Source of the DNA: Macrostomum lignano
Taxonomy: Eukaryota
Direction of reading: 5' to 3'
Length of the DNA stretch: 64,000 nucleotides
NCBI GenBank assembly: GCA_002269645.1
Contig: NIVC01001391.1
Location: 186,001-250,000, forward strand
Shown here: in pieces, positions 22,075 to 35,000 of the stretch
Layout: each line of letters begins with the position of its first letter
Numbering within the stretch: position 1 is the stretch's first letter
Notes under the pieces: generated by a model
Database searches by the model: none
The model's input: only the letters and a program-made list of their open reading frames with translations
What the model was told of the DNA's origin: nothing
Translations under genes and position numbers: made by a program

Positions 22075-25000
22075 GCAAACCAGACAGACAGGCAAACCAG
22101 ACAGACAGGCAAACCAGACAGACAGACAGACAGGCGCAGCTACCGCAGCAGCTGAGCCCGCATCCCACCCGCAGGACGCGATCGCATTCGTTGAGGACGT
22201 CGAGCCGGAGTTCGACCTCGCTGAATGCCTTGAGAAGCCGGGCTTCGAGGCTGACCGGCTGCATCAGCTGCTGGCCTCCCTGGACGAGCTGGCCAGCGTT
22301 GCCAAGGGTGACGGCGAAGCCGGCGGGTCCACCGTTGTGGAGGCCCGCCTGGCCGCGCTGTCCGGTGTTCGCCGCCTCCTGGACGAGGCCTGGCGAACCC
22401 CGCGCTGGGGCCGCGACTACGGGACCGCCCTGTGCGACCGGCTGCGCCAGGAGTCGCTGCTGCGCACGCTGGAGTCCGTGATCGGCGAGCACCAGCTGGG
22501 CAGCAGCCAGGACCTCGTGCTGGCCGCCACCGGCCTACTGGGCCAGGCACTGACCCGGGAGAATATCGGCAGTCTGGGGCAGGACACGGTCCGCTGCGTG
22601 GTAGCCCTCGGCCTGCAGGCAGTGCACACCGAGGACGCCCTGGCCTGCGCCGCCGTTGCCGTATTGGAAGCTCTGCTCAAGCATTCGGCCGCGATGTGCT
22701 CAACTGTGCTCAAATTGGGCGGCCTCGACCTGCTACTGCGGGCCTGCCAGGCCAGGGACCCGGTGCTGCAGCGGCACTGCGCCCAGGCTCTGGCCAACCT
22801 TGCTCTGTTCGGCGACCGGGAGGCTCACAGGCTGATGGCGGCGCAGAAGGTGGCAGACTGGCTGTTCCCGCTGGCGTTCACGCACGACCAGGTGAGCTAT
22901 CGGGTGTACTTTTGTCGCCTGACTGCTCTGGGCCTATCTAGCGTCCCAGCAGGCTAGCATTCCTCGCGAATCGAACCTTCGTCCTTTGGCGTAGGAGAGA
23001 GCGTACAAATTTACTAAACAAAAAAGCAAGACAAATGAGCACAAATGCCTTTAAACTGCCCTTTTTGCTGATAATTACCCAATAATAATACTACAAAAAA
23101 TCCCAAATTGGGGGAATAAGGCATATAAGTTATAGCATTCCCCATTTATCTCTGTGCGAGGGCAATAAATGCTTGAGTGACTCGGTTTATTGACCGACGG
23201 GAAGCCTAACCCTGGGAGGGGGGGCGTAGCTTAGTGGTCCAGCGCGGCGCTCTTATGTGCCAGCGGCCCAGACTCGATTCCAAGTGCAGTCACATTTATT
23301 TTAGGGCTAAACTGGAATCTTGGTTTGGGTCTGCTTGTGCTTGTGCCATTAACAGCCTTGAGGGCCAATCCCCGTAAGCCCTAATCCTAACCCTATCCAT
23401 AGCCATAACCCTAGCCATAACCCTAACCCTATCCATAGCCATAACCCTAGCCATAACCCTAGCCCTAGCCCTAGCCAACCTATCCATAACCCCATAAACC
23501 TAGCCATAACCCTAGCCATAACCATGTAGCCCTAGCCTCAACTCTAGTTCTAGCCTTAGCCCTAGCCATAAACCTAGCCCTAGCCCTAGCCATAACCATA
23601 GCCCTAGCAATAACCCTAGCCCTAGCCATAACCCTAGTTCTAGCCCTAGCCCTAGCCATAACCCTAGCCATAACCCTAGCCCTAACCCTAGCCCTAGCCA
23701 TAACCCTAGCCATAACCCTAGCCCTAGCCATAACCCTAGCCCTAGCTCTAACCCCAGTTCTAGCCCTAGCCCTAGCCATAACCCTAGCCATAAACATAGC
23801 CCTAGCCCTAACCCTAGTTCTAGCCATAACCCTAGCCATAACCCTAGCCATAACCCTAGCCATAACCCTAGCCATAACCCTAGCCCTAACCCTAACCCTA
23901 GTTCTAGCCCTAGCCCTAACCCTAGTTCTAGCCATAACCCTAGCCATAACCCTAGCCATAACCCTAGCCATAACCCTAGCCATAACCCTAGCCATAACCC
24001 TAGCCCTAACCCTAACCCTAGTTCTAGCCCTAGCCCCAGCCCCAGCCCTAGCTCAAATCTCCCCGGCACCGCACCCGCCCGCAGGTGGTGCAGTACTACG
24101 CTTGTCTGGCCATCTGCGTGCTGGCCGTCAACTGGGAGCTCGCCAACGCCGTGGCCAGCAGCGGCACCCTGCAGCTGGTCCGGCCTTGGCTGCTGTCCCA
24201 TTCGCCCGCTGAATTCCGTCGATCTGACGAGGGCCACGCCCAGGGCAGGTCGGCCGGCTGGCTGCAGCGCCTCATGACTCTGCTGGCCTGCGACCAGGCC
24301 GAGGCGCAGGCCCTGGCCGCCTTCCACTTCGCCATGGAGGCGGTGGTGAAGCAGGAGCAGGCCAAAGCCGGCCTGTTCGCCGACATCGGCGCCCTGCCGC
24401 TTCTCCGCCGCACTGCGGCCGGCACCAACCATCTAGCGGCTCGATTCGCCACTCAGGCTCTGGAGACCCTGGGTGAGGAGCTGCCACATCGGTTCCCGGC
24501 GGCCGCCTGTCTCTGGTCGGAGCGGGACGTCCAGCTCTGGCTGCAGCAGGTTGGCTTTCCCGAGCTGGTCGACAGGTGAGGGACCTTTTATGTGCAACTG
24601 GGCATCACTTTGATTCATTTCCTTTCTTCTATGCAGGAGCTACAATATCGGGGATTCTGTTCTGTGTTTTCATCGGTCCGGGATTCCCTTCAATGCACAT
24701 TGGTCCGATATACCCTTCAATGTACATCGGTTCGGGATTTCCTTCAATGTACATCGGTTTGGGATTTCCTTCAATGTACATTGTGCCAGGATTCCCTTCA
24801 ATGTACATTAAGCCGGGATTCCCTTCGATGCGCTACCATCTTCAGATTTTCCCGTTCCCGCGTCGACGGTGACCTTCTGCTCCGCATCACTGACGCCGAC
24901 CTGCGCGACTCCATCGGCCTCAGCAACGGCCTCCTGCGCCAGCGGCTGATGCGCGAGATCGACCAGCTTCGCACCTCCACCGACTACTCGCCCTGTGACC

Positions 25001-27473
25001 CGTCCGGCCTGGCCGGCTGGCTGCGCCGCTGCGTTGGCCAGGACAGCGTCCAGTTCGCCTACGCCCTGCTCACCGCCGGCTGCGACCGCCGCCTCCTGGC
25101 CTCCGCCAGTGACGCCATGCTAGCCGATGCCGGCGTCTCTGGAGCCGTCCACCGGCTGCGAATCCTGCGGGCGGCCAGCCGGCAGCCGGAGCCCGCGCCC
25201 GGCCCGGACGTCTTCGTCAGCTACCGGCGCGAAGGCGGCGCCCTGTTGGCCTCCCTGCTGCGCGTGCACCTGCAGCTGCGGGGCCACACCGTCTTTCTTG
25301 ACGTCTACCGCCTGCCGTCTGGCAGATTTGACGATCAGCTGCTGCACAGCATCGCCAACACGCGCAACTTCATCGTCGTCTTGACGCCCGGCGCTCTGGA
25401 CCGCTGCATTGGCGACAACGACGGGGCCGACTGGCTGCACAAGGAGCTGTCGGTGGCGCTGAGCTCCGGCTGCAACATTATCCCAGTGCTGGATCCCATG
25501 TTCGTGTTCCCAGATCCCGACCAGCTACCCGAGGACATCCGCTGCCTGCAGGCCTACAACAGCGTGCCGTGAGTTGCTTCCAGTCTGCTCCTATCTGAAT
25601 GTTTTTTTCCAGGCTGTACGTCGAGGGCCGGTTGCCTCATATGCACTAGTTGGCCTGGATTTACCACGCTCACTAATGCTTGAGTTTCCAATCTAGACTG
25701 AGGCAAGAATTTTTCTACGCATTTGCTTAGATACACTAAAGCTGGGATTTCCCCACGTACATTACTAAAGCTGGGATTTCCCCACGTACATTACTAAAGC
25801 TGGGATTTCCCCACGTACATTACTAAAGCTGGGATTTCCCCACGTACATAATAATTCACGGATTTCCATACATGCATTAACAACGGGACTTTCTTGCGTA
25901 CGCTAAAGCGGGGCTTTCCTTACATTAAAGACTGGGATTTACCGCCTATACTAATATTGAAATTCCCCTTTTGTACACTGAAGCTTGTCGGGTGTCGGGA
26001 CGCACTAACGCTTGTACGAGCGTATCTCATCCCATCAAAGCTGGGGTTTCCCTATGGTTAATTTCCTAAAGTCATTTTTTCGGACATCATCTATTAGCAA
26101 AAGCACTTCTATCAATGCGAGAAATTTACCTCGATCCAAGCAAGAACTTGCTCACAGCTTACGCTCAGACTCTTCTGCCTTCCTTGGTTTCGCGAGGCAA
26201 TTCTACCTACCGCCCAGGCCGGTAGATAACAGTTTGTCAGATACCCTTAGAGCAACTCTTACAGATGCCGTCTCTAGGATTAAATTAATTAAAAATCAAC
26301 ATCTCCCCTTGTCTGGACTCGGCCTCGCTGATCCCATTGGGAGGGGGTGGGCGGCTGTCCTGCGCGGAAATTTTTTTAGCAAACGCCGAGTTGCCAGACC
26401 GGCGGCTGAAATTTATCTAATGCCGTGCTTTGCTGCTTCACAGGAGAAGAAGCTCGGCGAAGGGGAGAGGCACAGAGGCGCTTGCACTTTTAATAACCCC
26501 CCCCCCCCTACTCCGACCTGGACTGGGCTCAGCTCCGGTTGTCCTGCAGACTATTTCATCATTGAGATCGCGTGCTCGCTGGGCGTTCACCGATCTTTAT
26601 CGACTCGGGGAGGCTGCTGTGCTCTTGCTAGGGTCCCCTCTCTCTCCGTCTCCTGTGCGCTTCGCTTAACTACATCCGAATTTGGGCAAGAACTTGAGAA
26701 GATTTATTCTAAGCCCGAGTTATACATGCTCTTGTTTCTCGTTGAACTACTCAGATTAGGAAATTTATGGGCAGGCACTTGAGGGTTTGGTTTAGTGACA
26801 GGAAACCGCGGCCTTCGGCTGATCTGATTTCAACTTCTTTTTACTCGTTTCAGCTAGTATCATTCTGCATATTCTACCTACTAGTGCACTGTATATACAA
26901 TATACAGTTGTATACTGCTGTAAGCTCTGCACGCATTGGGGGAGACTGGAGATGAGGAGGGGCGAAGGCTTAGGGTGGGGAGAGGGGATAGATGAGGAGG
27001 AGCGAAAGAACAGGTTGGGAAGAGGGGAGAGATGAGGAGGGGCGAAGGCACAGAGTGGGGAGAGGGGAGAGATGAGGAGGGGCGAAGGCACAGAGTGGGG
27101 AGAGGGGAGAGATGAGGAGGGGCGAAGGCACAGAGTGGGGAGAGGGGAGAGATGAAGAGGGGCGAAGGCACAGGATGGAGTCGGAGAGGTGAGGAGCACG
27201 ACTAAGAACGTAAGTAACGGACAGCCAATCAGGAGGTGAGGAGAGAGGGGCCTGAAACACGCACACCCAGAGGAGCAGAGAATTCAAATCATTCTGTACA
27301 TTGTCGCATTCAAACCTCTTTTTCATTGTCTCGCTCTCAGCTGGAAGCACGAATACCAGGACGCGTGCATCGCCAAGATCGAGTCCTTCCTGGTGAAGGC
27401 CTCGGCAGCCGGGGCCGGCGCCGCCTCGGACCAGCAGCAGCCGGACAGTCGGGCCTCGGTGCCGCGGGACTGA
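19497..27473 (+). CDS. SARM1: SARM1/tir-1/Ect4 NADase (ARM-SAM-SAM-TIR), ~891 aa; exons 19497-20108, 22175-22891, 24085-24575, 24846-25568, 27341-27473
   Basis: ARM region (EAWRTPRWGRDYGTALCD; ALANLALFG; WLFPLAF), tandem SAMs (WSERDVQLWLQQVGF; VDGDLLLRITDADLRDSIGL), TIR (PDVFVSYRR...DWLHKEL...WKHEYQDACIAKIESFL) with the catalytic Glu. All introns are GT-AG with consistent phases (total 2676 nt). The first, low-complexity exon and the start codon are less certain. Confidence 0.92.
20256..21385. repeat. 28-29-bp minisatellite (TGAGTTGGTCACTGATTCAATAGCGACT) in SARM1 intron 1
   Basis: Tandem units; internal hairpin GTCACT-N8-AGTGAC in some variants. Confidence 0.95.
21850..22133. repeat. (GACA)n microsatellite with AGGCAAACC interruptions
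   Basis: Seen directly. Confidence 0.95.
23221..23295 (+). pseudogene. tRNA-derived fragment (tRNA pseudogene or SINE head)
   Basis: A-box TAGCTTAGTGG, B-box-like GACTCGATTCC, stem GGCGC/GTGCC with only a 6-nt loop; acceptor stem does not close. Confidence 0.5.
23378..24052. repeat. Telomere-like hexamer array (CCCTAA/CCCTAG/CCATAA variants) in SARM1 intron 2
   Basis: 6-nt periodicity including canonical CCCTAA and a recurrent 12-mer CCCTAGCCATAA. Confidence 0.9.
24666..24826. repeat. 30-bp degenerate repeat (GGGATTCCCTTCAATGTACATCGGTCC-like) in SARM1 intron 3
   Basis: About 6 units visible. Confidence 0.85.
25735..25850. repeat. 29-bp repeat x4 (ACTAAAGCTGGGATTTCCCCACGTACATT), with decayed copies to ~26052
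   Basis: Seen directly. Confidence 0.9.
26945..27180. repeat. 40-bp purine-rich repeat (GAGATGAGGAGGGGCGAAGGCACAGAGTGGGGAGAGGGGA)
   Basis: Seen directly. Confidence 0.9.
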
Positions 27474-27564
27474 CTGAAAACCGCTGGCTGAGTGACCGTT
27501 TGGCTTGCCTAGTCATCTTTTTTTATCTGTCAGTCGCTAGCTAATGCCTAATTGCGAGCGTGTC

Positions 27565-28122
27565 ATGGCTAGATAACTAATTAGCGTATCTAGATGTCTA
27601 ATTACCGAGGTCAGATGCCTAATTACTGTGGCTAGATGCCTAATTACCGTGGCCAGATGCCTTTATTACCGTGGCCAGATGCCTAATTATCATGGCTAGG
27701 TGTCTAATTACCGTGGCCAGATGCCTAATTATCATGGCAAGATGCCTAATTATCATGGCTAGGTGTCTAATTACCGTGGCCAGATGCCTAATTATCATGG
27801 CAAGATGCCTAATTATCATGGCTAGGTGTCTAATTACCGTGGCCAGATGCCTAATTATCATGGCAAGATGCCTAATTATCATGGCTAGGTGTCTAATTAC
27901 CGTGGCCAGATGCCTAATTATCATGGCAGGATGCCTAATTACTGTGGCTAGATGCCTAATTACCGAGGTCAGATGCCTAATTACTGTGGCTAGAGGCCTA
28001 ATTACCGTGGCTAGAGGCCTAATTACCGTGGCTAGATGCCTCATTACCGTGGCAAGATGCCTAATTATCATGGCTAGATGTCTAATTACCGTGGCCAGAT
28101 GCCCAATTATCATGGCAAGATG
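27565..28122. repeat. 21-bp minisatellite (AGATGCCTAATTACCGTGGCC)
   Basis: Seen directly; explains ORFs 27640-28156. Confidence 0.95.
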
Positions 28123-28562
28123 CATAATTAGCGTTACTAGCGGCCTAATGATCTAAGTAGCATAAGCAGGCTTTACTTCTGAACTTTTCAGTGTTAATTT
28201 TTCAAGGAACTTTTGTGTTTAAAATGTCACTTTTTGCAGACAGTCACAATTTTCTCGTTACGGCACTCGTCAGATGCTTGCTCTGGACTCGTCTTTTTAT
28301 TTAATAACCACATTCTTAATTCTCTATCCCAGCGTTCGCGCTTTCTGTACTTTTAGAAATATCAAACCGAATCATCTAGTCAGTTGTGCGATTGGCTTGT
28401 TAGCTGATCTTAAAATGCAATCTTTACTCTGTTTTGCCGTAATCCTGTGGCTTGTAACTTTATTTTACTTTTTTAAAGTCAAACTATTCTCACACTGGCT
28501 CACAATTACTCTACTAGTGTCTCTGTAACACATTATCAAAGTATCCATATGATATTGAATCC

Positions 28563-29172
28563 ATCAGCCCCAATGTACACTCACACCCTGCAGCTATCAG
28601 CCCCAATGTACACTCACACCCTGCAGCTACCAGCCCCAATGTACACTCACACCCTGAAGCTATCAGCCCCAATGTACACTCACACCCTGCAGCTACCAGC
28701 CCCAATGTACACTCACACCCTGCAGCTACCAGCCCCAATGTACACTCACACCCTGCAGCTACCAGCCCCAATGTACACTCACACCCTGCAGCTACCAGCC
28801 CCAATGTACACTCACACCCTGCAGCTACCAGCCCCAATGTACACTCACACCCTGCAGCTACCAGCCCCAATGTACACTCACACCCTGCAGCTACCAGCCC
28901 CAATGTACACTCACACCCTGCAGCTACCAGCCCCAATGTACACTCACACCCTGCAGCTACCAGCCCCAATGTACACTCACACCCTGCAGCTATCAGCTCC
29001 AATGTACACTCACACCCTGCAGCTACCAGCCCCAATGTACACTCACACCCTGCAGCTATCAGCCCCAATGTACACTCACACCCTGCAGCTACCAGCCCCA
29101 ATGTACACTCACACCCTGCAGCTACCAGCCCCAATGTACACTCACACCCTGCAGCTACCAGCCCCAATGTAC
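28563..29172. repeat. 33-bp minisatellite (CAGCCCCAATGTACACTCACACCCTGCAGCTAC)
   Basis: Seen directly; 11-aa periodic ORFs. Confidence 0.96.
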
Positions 29173-29659
29173 TCCCACTGCACGGACTTTTCTGCAGCCC
29201 ATATTGAAATGTCAACAAAAAAAAGGTTTTCTCTTAACTTGGAACATTATTCACCCCCTGTCACAGACATTTTTATTGCGTTGTGAATCTCATTTTAAAA
29301 TTTATTAAGCAGCTGTGCGAACATTCGTTCTGAGTCCATGATTAATTCCTGCAATCCGAAAAACATGTTTTTACCTTTTTGTTTTTTTATTCGTCCAGCA
29401 ATGTCCTTGATATACCTGTAGGTATTTGTGTTGATCATTTGTTTAAGAAAGTGTGTTTTTCAATCCCCTTCCCATGTGAATCACTCTTTGCTCTTGCGGT
29501 TTCCCACCTGGCCACTTAGACTCAGTTGACCAGAGCAGAGAATATTTTTACACTCCATGGAGCTCTCCCGCCTGTCCATCAAACAGCTTTGTGTATCTAG
29601 TGATGCCGCTTCGCACCTCAACTCTTGTTTGTGATGCGTTTTGCATCTCCTGCCAGTCA

Positions 29660-30670
29660 GTATTTGCAACAGCCCTGCTATCTGCGATTCGTCATTTCCA
29701 ACCCAGATTATTTGCAACAGCCCTGCTATCTGCGATTCGTCATTTCCAACCCAGATTATTTGCAACAGCCCTGCTATCTGCGATTCGTCATTTCCAACCC
29801 AGATTATTTGCAACAGCCCTGCTATCTGCGATTCGTCATTTCCAACCCAGATTATTTGCAACAGCCCTGCTATCTGCGATTCGTCATTTCCAACCCAGAT
29901 TATTTGCAACAGCCCTGCTATCTGCGATTCGTCATTTCCAACCCAGATTATTTGCAACAGCCCTGCTATCTGCGATTCGTCATTTCCAACCCAGATTATT
30001 TGCAACAGCCCTGCTATCTGCGATTCGTCATTTCCAACCCAGATTATTTGCAACAGCCCTGCTATCTGCGATTCGTCATTTCCAACCCAGATTATTTGCA
30101 ACAGCCCTGCTATCTGCGATTCGTCATTTCCAACCCCAGATTATTTGCAACAGCCCTGCTATCTGCGATTCGTCATTTTCAACCCAGATTATTTGCAACA
30201 GCCCTGCTATCTGCGATTCGTCATTTCCAACCCAGATTATTTGCAACAGCCCTGCTATCTGCGATTCGTCATTTCCAACCCAGATTATTTGCAACAGCCC
30301 TGCTATCTGCGATTCGTCATTTCCAACCCCAGATTATTTGCAACAGCCCTGCTATCTGCGATTCGTCATTTCCAACCCAGATTATTTGCAACAGCCCTGC
30401 TATCTGCGATTCGTCATTTCCAACCCAGATTATTTGCAACAGCCCTGCTATCTGCGATTCGTCATTTCCAACCCAGATTATTTGCAACAGCCCTGCTATC
30501 TGCGATTCGTCATTTCCAACCCCAGATTATTTGCAACAGCCCTGCTATCTGCGATTCGTCATTTTCAACCCAGATTATTTGCAACAGCCCTGCTATCTGC
30601 GATTCGTCATTTCCAACCCAGATTATTTGCAACAGCCCTGCTATCTGCGATTCGTCATTTTCAACCCCAG
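29660..30670. repeat. 48-bp minisatellite (TATTTGCAACAGCCCTGCTATCTGCGATTCGTCATTTCCAACCCAGAT)
   Basis: Seen directly; 16-aa periodic ORFs in several frames. Confidence 0.97.
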
Positions 30671-31116
30671 ATCCCTTTTTTAAGTCTTCAGTTGCACTTT
30701 TTCTGTTCAGTTGGATGGATTGCTCACACCTAGACTAGCTTGAAGTGTACTTAACGATTCCTACGATTTTGAAGGCTGAGTCGTTTGTGTATTTTTGTAG
30801 CGCGAAGGTCTCAGCTTCTGCAATAAGTACAAATGCACTTTTAATGGCAGTCGCTGAGATAAGTCTCACAGCCTCCCAACCGACTGCCCCCCTGTAGCTG
30901 TGAACTCGTCTTCTGCTTCAGTTTTTCTCCGTTAATAATTTCTTTTGTCAGCAGCTTCAACTAGGCAGTCGATGTTCATTTGTCACTCGGTTAGTTTTTT
31001 ACCATGCAAAACCTGAGTCAATGTTCTTATAAATAGCCATGGCACACGTGTGTGTACAGCTCTTTGTTCTGCTTTGCTCTTTGCTTCTTTAGTCTGTAGC
31101 TTTTCTAGCTTAGAGA

Positions 31117-32066
31117 AAGGAACTGCTGTCAGCTCTGTGTCATAGTGAGGGAATTGCTGTCAGCTCTGTCTCAAAGTAAGGGAACTGCTGTCAGCTCTGT
31201 CTCAAAGTAAGGGAACTGCTGTCAGCTCTGTATCATAGTGAGGGAACTGCTGTCAGCTCTGTATCATAGTGAGGGAACTGCTGTCAGCTCTGTCTCAAAG
31301 TAAGGGAACTGTTGTCAGCTCTGTCTCAAAGTAAGGGAACTGTTGTCAGCTCTGTATCATAGTGAGGGAACTGCTGTCAGCTCTGTCTCAAAGTAAGGGA
31401 ACTGTTGTCAGCTCTGTATCATAGTGAGGGAACTGCTGTCAGCTCTGTATCATAGTGAGGGAACTGCTGTCAGCTCTGTGTCATAGTGAGGGAACTGCTG
31501 TCAGCTCTGTGTCATACTGAGGGAACTGCTGTCAGCTCTTTGTCACAGTGAGGGAATTGCTGTCAGCTGTGTGTCACAGTGAGGGAATTGCTGTCAGCTC
31601 TGTATCATAGTGAGGGAATTGCTGTCAGCTCTGTATCATAGTGAAGGAACTGCTGTCAGCTGTGTCATAGTCAGGAAAATGCTGTCAGCTCTGTGTCATA
31701 GTAAGGGAACTGCTGTCAGCTCTGTGTCATAGTGAGGGAACTGCTGTCAGCTCTGTGTCATAGTAAGGGAACTGCTGTCAGCTCTGTGTCATAGTGAGGG
31801 AACTGCTGTCAGCTCTGTGTCATAGTGAGGGAACTGCTGTCAGCTCTGTGTCATAGTGAGGGAACTGCTGTCAGCTCTGTGTCATAGTAAGGGAACTGCT
31901 GTCAGCTCTGTGTCATAGTGAGGGAACTGCTGTCAGCTCTGTATCATAGTGAGGGAACTGCTGTCAGCTCTGTGTCATAGTGACGGAACTGCTGTCAGCT
32001 CTGTGTCATAGTGAGGAAACTGCTGTCAGCTCTGTATCATAGTGAGGAAACTGCTGTCAGCTCTGT
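31117..32066. repeat. 31-bp minisatellite (GGGAACTGCTGTCAGCTCTGTGTCATAGTGA)
   Basis: Seen directly; ends just before the first detectable C19orf44-like exon. Confidence 0.96.
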
Positions 32067-32081
32067 ATTAGACACTGTCAG

Positions 32082-35000
32082 GCGCACCGCCCTGTTCCTG
32101 GCGATCCCCACCAGAGCGTCCACATCGAAGCTGCTGGAGCGCACCAGCCGGCAGCTCCGCGGTGATTATCGGCGGCAGAGCGCCGAGACGGAGGAGGCGC
32201 AGCTGAACGACTTCCTGCAGGAGGTGCGGCAGCAGACCACCCTGTCCACCGAGGTGGACCGCAAGGCCAAGCCGCAGCAGCAGCCGCAGCGCCGACGCAA
32301 AAAAGTCCACCTGGGCTCCGATGTGAGCGACGTCTCCGTCACCAGCAGCAGCTCCGGCGGAGCCCGGGCCGCCGCTGGCAGTCGGTTTTTGAAGTCCAAG
32401 ACGGTGGCGCCGAGCAGCTCCAAGCAGCAGCCGCAGCAGCCGCCGCCGAAGCCGCAGCCGAGCTCAGCTCCGCCGAAGCGGACCAGCAGCCAGCAGCAGC
32501 CGCAGCAGCCACAGCAGTCGGCGCCAGGTCGGCACAGCGCAGTGCTGGACAAAGCCAGCCGCCTCACTTCGCAGCGGCCCCAGCAGCAGCAGCAGGCGGC
32601 CGCCGTCTCCACCAGCATGTCTTCCAGCCTGACCGACCCCGACCGGCCCAAGTCGCGCAAGGCCCGCCTGCAGCCGACGGCCGCCGAAGCCATTGAGGCC
32701 GAAGACGAGACCCGACACCAGCTGTACCGGCACCGAGCCAGCCTGGACTTCCTCAGCGAGAGCGAGAGCCACAGCATCGGCCAGGATGGCGCCAGGTTCC
32801 TCCGGCGGACCACCGACGCCACGCCGCAGAGGCAGCAGCCGCCGCCGCCAGCCGAAGACCCGTCGCCGGCTAACCGGCAGCAGCCACAGCCGCCGCTGAC
32901 TCCGAAGTCGCCAAAGCAGCTTCGGTTCAGCACGGAGCACCATGTCAGATCCTTCACTGCGGACAGCGCCGAGTACGACGAGGACGAGGACGAGGAGACT
33001 CACAGCGGCCAGGCCGACAGGCTGGTCATCCGCCACCGGCCGCCCGTGCCTCCCATCGAGCTCAACCAGGACTCCAGCATTGGCGAAGCTGTAGTGAGGA
33101 AACCGGCGCTCAAGAAGTCATCGTCATTCTCCGATATTCAGGTTGGTGACAGCTTGGGGATTCCCTCACTGTGGACACATGTCACTATCTCCTCACCCAC
33201 AATGTACACATGTCCTTATCCCCACATTCATAATGTACACATGTCCTTATCCCCGCACCCATAATGTACACATGTCCCTATACCCACACCCATACAGTGT
33301 ACACATGTCCCTATCCCCGCACCCATACAGTGTACACATGTCCCTATACCCACACCCATACAGTGTACACATGTCCGTATCCCCGCACCCATAATGTACA
33401 CATGTCTCTATCCCCACACCCACAATGTACGCATGTCCCTATACCCGCACCCATAATGTACACATGTCCCTATCCCCACAACCATACAATATATACATGT
33501 CCCTATCCCCGCACCCATAATGTACACATGTCCGTATCCCCGCACCCATAATGTACACATGTCCCTATACCCGCACCCATAATGTACACATGTCCCTATA
33601 CCCGCACCCATAATGTACACATGTCCCTATACCCACACCCATACAGTGTACACATGTCCCTATCCCCGCACCCATACAATGTATACATGTCCCTATACCC
33701 ACACCCATACAGTGTACACATGTCCCTATCCCCGCACCCATACAATGTATACATGTCCCTATACCCACACCCATACAGTGTACACATGTCCCTATCCCCG
33801 CACCCATACAATGTATACATGTCCCTATCCCCACACCCATACAGTGTACACATGTCCCTATCCCCACACCCATACAGTGTACACATGTCCCTATCCCCGC
33901 ACCCATACAATGTATACATGTCCCTATCCCCACACCCATACAGTGTACACATGTCCCTATCCCCACACCCATACAGTGTACACATGTCCCTATCCCCACA
34001 CCCATACAGTGTACACATGTCCCTATACCCACACCCATACAGTGTACACATGTCCCTATCCCCGCAACCATAAGCTGCATGAGCAGGCCTGCAATGTGAT
34101 GGATTGTAAGTTATATTCCAGCTCTTACTATTTGCGTTTTTTTACTTTTTTCTCCTTAAGAAGTAAACTAAGGCCTAATATAACTTTCGTATAAAAATTA
34201 GTAACTCGTAGTTGTTTTGAAAGCTCAAATGTTTTCTCTGCAATTTTCGGGTTTCGATTGATTTATCCGCACTAAGACTGATTTAATCCCTCCATGGATT
34301 TCCAATTGACTGGGCACGGCCTCGGTTCTCTGGTGTAAATTATCCTGACTTGCTGCTGAGCAGTGGCGGCGACAGCTGCTGGGCCAGTGGGCGGGGGGCC
34401 CTGCCGGCTGCTCTGCGCCCTCGCTTCTTGGCACTGCTAAGTGCCGCACTGCTTTCGCCAACCTCATTCTCCCTTGATCTCCTCCCCCTCTGATCTCCCT
34501 CTCTGATCCACCTCTCTTATCTTCCTCTCTGCCTATCTAATCTCCTTCTCTGATCTCACTCACTGATCTCCCTCTCTGATCTCACTCTCTGATCTCCCTC
34601 TCTTATCTCCCTCTCTAATCTCCCTCTCTGATCTCCCTCTCTAATCTCCCTCTCTGATCTCCCTCTCTAATCTCCCTCTCTGATCTCCCTCTCTAATCCA
34701 CCTCTCTTATCTTCCTCTCTGCCTATCTAATCTCCCTCTCTGATCTCCCTCTCTAATCTCCCTCTCTGATCTCCCTCTCTAATCCACCTCTCTTATCTTC
34801 CTCTCTGCCTATCTAATCTCCTTCTCTGATCTCACTCACTGATCTCCCTCTCTGATCTCACTCTCTGATCTCCCTCTCTTATCTCCCTCTCTAATCTCCC
34901 TCTCTGATCTCCCTCTCTAATCCACCTCTCTTATCTTCCTCTCTGCCTATCTAATCTCCCTCTCTGATCTCCCTCTCTAATCTCCCTCTCTGATCTCCCT

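Noticed and set aside
21806-22174. QTDR-repeat N-terminus for SARM1
   Set aside because: It is (GACA)n translation; a phase-0 acceptor at 22174 matches the upstream donor.
29591-30738. Long ORFs (352-380 aa) across the 48-bp array; similar ORFs over the arrays at 1971, 23480, 27640, 28514, 33565, 46910, 52198, 59664 and 60708
   Set aside because: They are periodic translations open in several frames because the unit lacks stops; there is no domain signal or splice context.
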